Assembly (NCBI GenBank): GCA_937915965.1
Contig: CALGHC010000248.1
Coordinates: 1-34,030, forward strand
Length of the DNA: 34,030 bases
From: an uncultured Myxococcales bacterium
Lineage (GTDB): Bacteria > Myxococcota_A > UBA9042
Reading direction: 5' to 3'
Part shown: positions 24,929 to 34,030 of the stretch, one piece after another
Position numbering within the stretch: the stretch's first letter is position 1
Layout of the letters: each line of letters opens with the position of its first letter
Made by a program: the position numbers and the translations under genes
The notes under the pieces: generated by a model
The model's input: only the letters and a program-made list of their open reading frames with translations
Database searches by the model: none
Told to the model about the DNA's origin: nothing

Positions 24929-25957
24929 GTGCAGATCTCGCGATGCGCGCTGACAGCCGTGATGTGGCTTGCGATCGCCTGCGGCGACCCCACGGCGCCC
25001 TCAGGAGCGGTCTCCGAGGGCGAGCTCGCCCAACAGCCTCTTCCCACTGGACCCGTCGCTGGCCTCCCTTGGGCCCGTCAAGGCTGCACCAAGGGACAGC
25101 TTCCACCCGACGTGCTTGCCTGCGTCGGTGGGGTCGCGATCAGCCGAGAACGTTTCGAAGAAGCGCGCGCGCAGTACCCCGATGGCACCCCGGTCCGGGC
25201 GGTCTTGACGGCGTTGATAGACGAAGAAGCGCTCTCAGCGGCCGCTGCCCAGCACCATCTATGGGGACCGTGGTTGGTCGAACCCCTGCGCCGCGCGATG
25301 GTCGCCGCCTGGCTTGACCGCACGTTTGCCGCGAATCACCGCGTCGATCAGGTCTCTCGCGCCGACATCGAGCGGGCCTACCACAACCCGGCCGTCCGCG
25401 AGATGTTCGAGCACGTCAACGGATACTTCACCACGGACGCCCAGATGCTGTGCTGCAGCGGCAACGTCGACCAGTGCGCGAAGAGCGACGAGGTGCGGAG
25501 TTGCATCGACGCCGGCGCCGATAAAGCGGCTGCGCTGCGCGCGGCGCTCGTCGCCGACCCGCCAGGCTCGCCGGCCGAGATGGCCGCCCGCGTCGCCTCA
25601 TTGCGTGGGCGTTTCCCCGACGTTGGCGTTCACGACATCGACTTCTACTACGATCCGACCATCGCCTATGGCGATCAGCGCGGCTACCAGTTGATGGTTG
25701 AGCCATTCGCCGTTGGCGTCAGCGCGCTCCAACCCGGGCAGATCAGCGAACCGATTCGCTCTCCCTACGGCTGGCACATCGTCTGGTTGCGCCGTGTACT
25801 GCCTGCGCGCCACGGGACGCCCGAAGATGCGGACGTGCGCAGCGAGATCGCGCGCAATATCCTGCCAATGCTGCGCGAGCGCGACCTGATCGCCGAAGTG
25901 GTCGGTCTGGCTCGACAGGCTGGTGTCGAGCTGTATCTCGAGCGTCTCGGAGAGTAG
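24929..25957 (+). CDS. Parvulin/PpiC-type foldase-like lipoprotein with a Cys-rich insertion
   Basis: Lipobox AIAC, SurA/PrsA-like LTALIDEEAL, MVEPF and GQISEPIRSPYGWHIV. GGGAG precedes GTG 24929. Confidence 0.8.
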   Translation: MQISRCALTAVMWLAIACGDPTAPSGAVSEGELAQQPLPTGPVAGLPWARQGCTKGQLPPDVLACVGGVAISRERFEEARAQYPDGTPVRAVLTALIDEEALSAAAAQHHLWGPWLVEPLRRAMVAAWLDRTFAANHRVDQVSRADIERAYHNPAVREMFEHVNGYFTTDAQMLCCSGNVDQCAKSDEVRSCIDAGADKAAALRAALVADPPGSPAEMAARVASLRGRFPDVGVHDIDFYYDPTIAYGDQRGYQLMVEPFAVGVSALQPGQISEPIRSPYGWHIVWLRRVLPARHGTPEDADVRSEIARNILPMLRERDLIAEVVGLARQAGVELYLERLGE

Positions 25958-26000
25958 AGGCCAGCTGCGCTCCTCGGTTGGCTGAGAGCGCGTCGCGCGG

Positions 26001-26975
26001 CTACCAGCGCGGCAGGACACGGGCCGCCGCTTCCTCAAGCCCGCGCGAGACGTAGAGGGATTCGAACGTCTCGACGCGATGCCCACTGAGGGTCCCTTGG
26101 CTCGATCGACCCGCGCGCAGCGAGAAACGGCGCAAGCCCAAATCGTCGGGCAACGGCGGACCATATTCGCGCTCGCCCGTTCGCCCGTCGTAGCTGAGCA
26201 CCAGTGGCACATCGCGGCGATCGAGGTCAGCGAGGACCGCGATCAGGCGTTCGCGGTCGAGACCCTGGTGATAGCGTGGATTGCGGCCGCTGCTGGTGCC
26301 CAGGTACGGCGGATCGAGGTAGACGAGGTCGCCGGGCTGCGCATCGGCCAGGTTGTCGACGAGATCGCCGCTGCGCAGGATCGCTCGACCGCGCAGCAGC
26401 GCCGCGACTGCCCGCAGCCGCCCGCGCATCGTGGCGGGCCGTGTGCCAAGTCGTCGGTGATCAGCGCCTTGGTTGAAGTGACCGTCGCGGTTGAAGCGTG
26501 GTGCGCTCTTGACGCAGCGAGCCAGCAGGTACAGCAGGTCCGCGGGTTCGTGGCTGCGGTTGAAGGCGTCGCGCACTGCCTCGAACCGGGCGCGCGCGTC
26601 GCTGGCACGCGCCGACCAACGGCTGGCGTACGCGTCGGCCAGGTCATCGGGGTGGTCGATGGCGAGTCGCCAAAGCTCGACCAAGCTGTCGAGCGAGTCG
26701 CCGAGCACGTAGGTGGTAGCGACACCCTTGCTGGCGGCCCGCAGGCTCACTGCGGCAGAGCCACAGCAGGGTTCGTAGAGCCGCCGAACCCTTGTTCCCT
26801 CCATGACGGCGAGGATCTGCGGGCCAAGACGCCGTTTGCTGCCCTGATAGGCGAGAAGATGTGGCGGCTCGTTTGATTCGGCGATCGATCTCTGCCGCGC
26901 CTTTGGCTTGTCCCCAGCGGCCAAAGGCGTCGTCGGGGTCGCGGGGAGCGCAGCGTCTTTCGGCTTGCCGGCCAT
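26001..26975 (-). CDS. D12-class (Dam-like) N6-adenine DNA methyltransferase; no restriction partner in the window
   Basis: YQGSKRRL (motif X), YEPCCGSAAV (motif I), RFNRDGHFN, YLDPPY (motif IV) and LSYD. ATG 26975 follows GAGG. Confidence 0.9.
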   Translation of the reverse strand: MAGKPKDAALPATPTTPLAAGDKPKARQRSIAESNEPPHLLAYQGSKRRLGPQILAVMEGTRVRRLYEPCCGSAAVSLRAASKGVATTYVLGDSLDSLVELWRLAIDHPDDLADAYASRWSARASDARARFEAVRDAFNRSHEPADLLYLLARCVKSAPRFNRDGHFNQGADHRRLGTRPATMRGRLRAVAALLRGRAILRSGDLVDNLADAQPGDLVYLDPPYLGTSSGRNPRYHQGLDRERLIAVLADLDRRDVPLVLSYDGRTGEREYGPPLPDDLGLRRFSLRAGRSSQGTLSGHRVETFESLYVSRGLEEAAARVLPRW

Positions 26976-27064
26976 CTCGCCTCGCCCGGATTTCGCTGGT
27001 CGGCTGGTCGCCCGGCTGCCGGGTTGGTCGGCGTTCCTGGCAGAGCACAGCTCGCGATCGGCCT

Positions 27065-27781
27065 CTACAGTTTGCGGTAGATACCCACCACGGTGCCGAC
27101 CAGGTCGCACGATCGGAAGGCGCTCGCCAGTATGTAGATTGGCGCCATTGTGGGGTTCTCCGGCTGCAAGCGGATGCGGTCTCCCTCGGGGAAGAAACGC
27201 TTGACCGTCGCCTCGCCGTCGATCATCGCGACCACGATCTGACCTGGCTCGGCTGTCCGACAGCGGCGCACAAAGAGGTAGTCACCCGGCAGGATCCCGG
27301 CATCTATCATCGACTCGCCGATGACCCGAAGACCAAACACCTCGCGCGCCCCGCCAAGGAGCATCCGATCGACCCGGACCGTGTCTTCGACATGTTCGAG
27401 CGCCGGCTGAGGCAACCCGGCGGCCACGCGACCGATGATCTGCACGTCGACCATACCGTTATCTTCGCGAGCGAAGGGCAGCACCTGAGCTTCAGCTTCG
27501 GCGTGGTCCTTCACCCTCGTCTCGGCACCCTGGGTCGGGTTGCGAACCACACGCAGGCCACGCGACTGACCCTCGGATCGTGCCAGCCAACCCTTGCGCT
27601 CAAGCGCGCGCAGGTGGTCGCTGACCGCGTTTGTCGAACGGATCTGAAAGAAGTCCCCGATCTCTCGGATCGACGGCGGGTAGCCACTGGTCTCCGAGAA
27701 CTCGACGACGTAGTCGAGGATGTTGCGCTGACGCGCCGTCAGGTCCTCGGGATTGGGATGCAGTGGGATCACGTTCGCCAT
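27065..27781 (-). CDS. lexA: SOS repressor LexA
   Basis: LTARQ, PPSIREIG winged HTH, cleavage site VAAG, catalytic GESM (Ser) and ATVKR (Lys). GGAGG RBS precedes ATG 27781. Confidence 0.97.
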   Translation of the reverse strand: MANVIPLHPNPEDLTARQRNILDYVVEFSETSGYPPSIREIGDFFQIRSTNAVSDHLRALERKGWLARSEGQSRGLRVVRNPTQGAETRVKDHAEAEAQVLPFAREDNGMVDVQIIGRVAAGLPQPALEHVEDTVRVDRMLLGGAREVFGLRVIGESMIDAGILPGDYLFVRRCRTAEPGQIVVAMIDGEATVKRFFPEGDRIRLQPENPTMAPIYILASAFRSCDLVGTVVGIYRKL

Positions 27782-27803
27782 AGCGCACCTCCGCGCGACG
27801 ACC

Positions 27804-27833
27804 ATCGTATACTGAACAGATGTTCCGTGGCAA
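27804..27833 (-). promoter_or_regulatory. lexA promoter with an SOS box between -35 and -10
   Basis: Minus strand reads TTGCCA-18 nt-TACGAT. The spacer holds CGGAACATCTGTTCAG (GAAC-N4-GTTC core at 27814-27825). Confidence 0.85.
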
Positions 27834-27930
27834 GAAAGTCCGCCGCTCGCGCCGCGCGCCGCGCACGATGGCGTCCGTGGCTCAGGTTGGTGCGGCGCGA
27901 TACCAAAGCCATGGACCTTGGCCGGGCTCG

Positions 27931-28953
27931 CTACAGCCGGATCTCGACGTGTGTCGCCGCGCGCAGCTCTGCGACCCAGGCGCGGTAGAGCCGAACAAAC
28001 TGCTCCTCGGTCAAACGGGCGCGGGTGACTTGGGTGAGGATCTCGCGGTCCTTGACCGGCACCATCTTGCGTTCCAGCTGCTCGACGATATGAAACCCGA
28101 ACGGAGTTTGGATAACCGTCGAGATCTCACCGGGTTTCATTGACCACAGCTTGTTGGCAAAGGTCGGTTCGAGGCTCCAGCGACGCAGCCAGCCCAGATC
28201 ACCGCCGGTCGTGGCGAGATCGTCGCTGACCTCGTCGGCGATCAGGCCGAACTTCGAGCGGTCGGCCATCAGCTGATCGTAGATCTTCCAGGCCTTCTCG
28301 CGCAGCGCGTTGACCTCCATCGGGCTCGCGTTTGGCGGCACCTGGATGAGCACGTGCCGCCCGTGGATGGCCTCCTCAATGGTGCCACCCTTGTGCTCAA
28401 TCTCCACGACTCGGGCGACCTCCTCCTCGGTCACCCGCAGTCGGCTGCCGAGCTTGGCCCGCAGGATCTGCATCCGCTGCTTTTCGCTGCGGACGTGCTC
28501 GCGGTATTCGTCGAGGCTGCTGAACCCGAGCTTCATCGCCGCGTTGGCGAGATCGTAGTCGCTCCATCCGTTGCGCTCCTTCTGGCTGGCCAGGGTCTCT
28601 TCGACTTCCTTGTCGCTCACGGTCAGGTTCATGCCCTTCGCCGCATCGGTGATGAGCAAGCCGTCGATCAGGGTCTCCAGCGTCTGTCGCATCAGATCCG
28701 CTTCGCTGCGTGGCCGTTCGGCGTCGGTAGGCACAACCGACTGGCTCGCTGCGTGCCGTCCAATCGCTCGGCGCAGCTCCGATAGCCTGACGATCTGTGC
28801 GCCTACGACGGCGGCGACCCCGTCGACCTCGATGTAGCCGTTGGGCAGGGTCGCGCGCCGCGCGGTTGGCGCCGCGGCCGAGACCAGGCTGGTCGTAGCC
28901 GCGATCGCCAGGACGACCAGGGGCAAGGTGACGGTTCGTGAGTAGCGAATCAT
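27931..28953 (-). CDS. SurA-like chaperone (SurA N-domain plus one PpiC domain)
   Basis: Signal peptide, VDGVAAVVG, LETLIDGLL, RHVLI, GGDLGW and GEISTVIQTPFGFHI. Confidence 0.88.
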   Translation of the reverse strand: MIRYSRTVTLPLVVLAIAATTSLVSAAAPTARRATLPNGYIEVDGVAAVVGAQIVRLSELRRAIGRHAASQSVVPTDAERPRSEADLMRQTLETLIDGLLITDAAKGMNLTVSDKEVEETLASQKERNGWSDYDLANAAMKLGFSSLDEYREHVRSEKQRMQILRAKLGSRLRVTEEEVARVVEIEHKGGTIEEAIHGRHVLIQVPPNASPMEVNALREKAWKIYDQLMADRSKFGLIADEVSDDLATTGGDLGWLRRWSLEPTFANKLWSMKPGEISTVIQTPFGFHIVEQLERKMVPVKDREILTQVTRARLTEEQFVRLYRAWVAELRAATHVEIRL

Positions 28954-29007
28954 GGGGGCTCCAGGCGACCAGCGGGGCAGCGACCGCGGCGCCAGTTGTG
29001 GCGCACG

Positions 29008-30206
29008 CTACGGGGAGTTGGTCGGTGTAGCAGCGACTGGCGGCGGGGCCGTCTTGTCGCGCGATTGGCGCGGTGTCGGCATCTGGATCTCGATCAGGCG
29101 CACCGCGTCGTCGTTGACCTCGACGTGGGTCCTGGCGCGGACCTCGTCGACCAGGCGTTCTCGGCGATCGTCGCGTCGTTCCTTGACGAGTCTGCCGCGG
29201 ATGCTCTCGACGACGCTCTCGAAGGGGCTGTCGATCGCCGGGCTCTTCGACGTCACCAGCAGCAGGTGCCAGCCCTGATCGGATTGCACTGGCGGCGACA
29301 GCTTGTACGGCTCAAGCGCCATCGCTGCCTCGATCACCGCGCGCGGGATCGCCGCCATGCGGGCCTGCTCCACATCGCTGGTGCCCGTCGTCGGTTCAAG
29401 CGAGACCAGCCCGAGCGATCCGAGGTAGGGCACCGTGCGTCGATCCTTGCTGTGCCGTCCGACGTAGTCGTTCCAAAGTTGCATCAGGCGAGCGGTCGAG
29501 TCGTCCGAGCCGCGCACCAGCTCGTCGCCGATCTTGCGCGCGGCCGCTTCATCGTCGAAGCGCATGTGCCGCACCTGAACCTGATCGGGCTTGTGATACA
29601 GCTCCGGATGACCGTCGTAGTACGCTCGCAGCTCGGCCTCGCCGATGTCTTCGGCCTTGACGTGCTCGGCGACGGCTTCTTCCAGGTATCGCCGCACCAT
29701 CACCTGCCGAGTCGCTTCGACCACGTCAGGCGCCTGGTCGTAGCCCAACCGGCGCGCCTCGCCGGCGAGGACCTCGAAGTGCACCCAGTTGGCGAGGAAC
29801 TCCTTGCGCTTGGGTACTGACATGTACTGCGCGCGCACCACCGGCGCTTCGCGCGCCAGCCGGGCCTCGAGGTCCCCTAGCGTGATCGTCTTGTCGCCGA
29901 TCCGGGCGAGGACGATCCCCCGCTGCTCGGCGCTGAGCGACGAGCCTTCGGCGTGTTGATCGACCTGGGGGCGTTGCTCGACCCGAGCCGCACGCGCTTC
30001 GTCCGTGATGCCTGGGCCGCTGGGGTGGGGTTTGGCCGGCGCCTTGCACGCACCGATCGGCACCAAGCTCGCGATCACCAGGCAGGTGGCGGCAAACCGC
30101 CCGTTTGCCGAGCGATTGACGTACTTCGCAGCCAGCCCGCGCGCGTCGCGCGTCGGCGTCGATCTCCCGCGGAGCTCGGCTCGGTCTCTCGCCTGCAAAC
30201 GACGGC

Positions 30207-30210
<4 letters not shown>
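29008..30210 (-). CDS. PpiC/PrsA-like peptidylprolyl isomerase, probable lipoprotein
   Basis: Lipobox IGAC, VLARIGDKTIT, YYDGH, VQVRHM, GSLG and SPPVQSDQGWHLL. ATGA overlap with the mfd stop. Confidence 0.85.
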
Positions 30211-33926
<3,716 letters not shown>

Positions 33927-34030
33927 GGGCCGCGCAGCCTAGGCCCTGCGGGAGGCCGGGGCAAGCGCGAACGAGCCCCAGGATCCACCACCCTGCTCGT
34001 GAATGAGCGCTCGCCGCTGCGGAATCTGCC

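Noticed and set aside
26001-26975. Restriction-modification system, prophage marker, or assignment as GATC-specific dam
   Set aside because: No endonuclease, integrase or phage gene is nearby, and target specificity cannot be read from the motifs.

Overview
A high-GC bacterial chromosome segment spanning the replication origin, probably from a Myxococcota/Deltaproteobacteria-like organism (inferred from the LexA-box type, the mfd-ppiC-surA order, a PilZ protein and a myxosortase-like CPBP protease). Left to right: yidD-rnpA-rpmH (minus strand; rpmH is missing from the ORF track), a 0.9 kb spacer, dnaA, oriC with degenerate DnaA boxes and DnaA-trios, dnaN and recF. murA (Asp-type) and proB follow recF in place of gyrB. 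Next come an NRDE protein, a Kelch lipoprotein, a membrane-anchored esterase, fadN-like/thiolase beta-oxidation genes, and a PilZ protein coupled to a CPBP intramembrane protease. A 5x14-bp GATC-containing repeat precedes a divergent pair of motif-degenerate enzymes (ThrB-like and GlcD-like). Then trmL, an outer-membrane beta-barrel, two membrane proteins, a Cys-rich parvulin lipoprotein, and on the minus strand mfd-ppiC-surA-lexA followed by a solitary D12-class DNA adenine methyltransferase. No rRNA, tRNA, CRISPR array or mobile element was recognised. The best leads for new biology are the possibly SOS-controlled methyltransferase, the divergent pseudoenzyme-like pair, and the PilZ + sortase-like protease couple. 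All calls come from reading motifs by eye; no searches were run.
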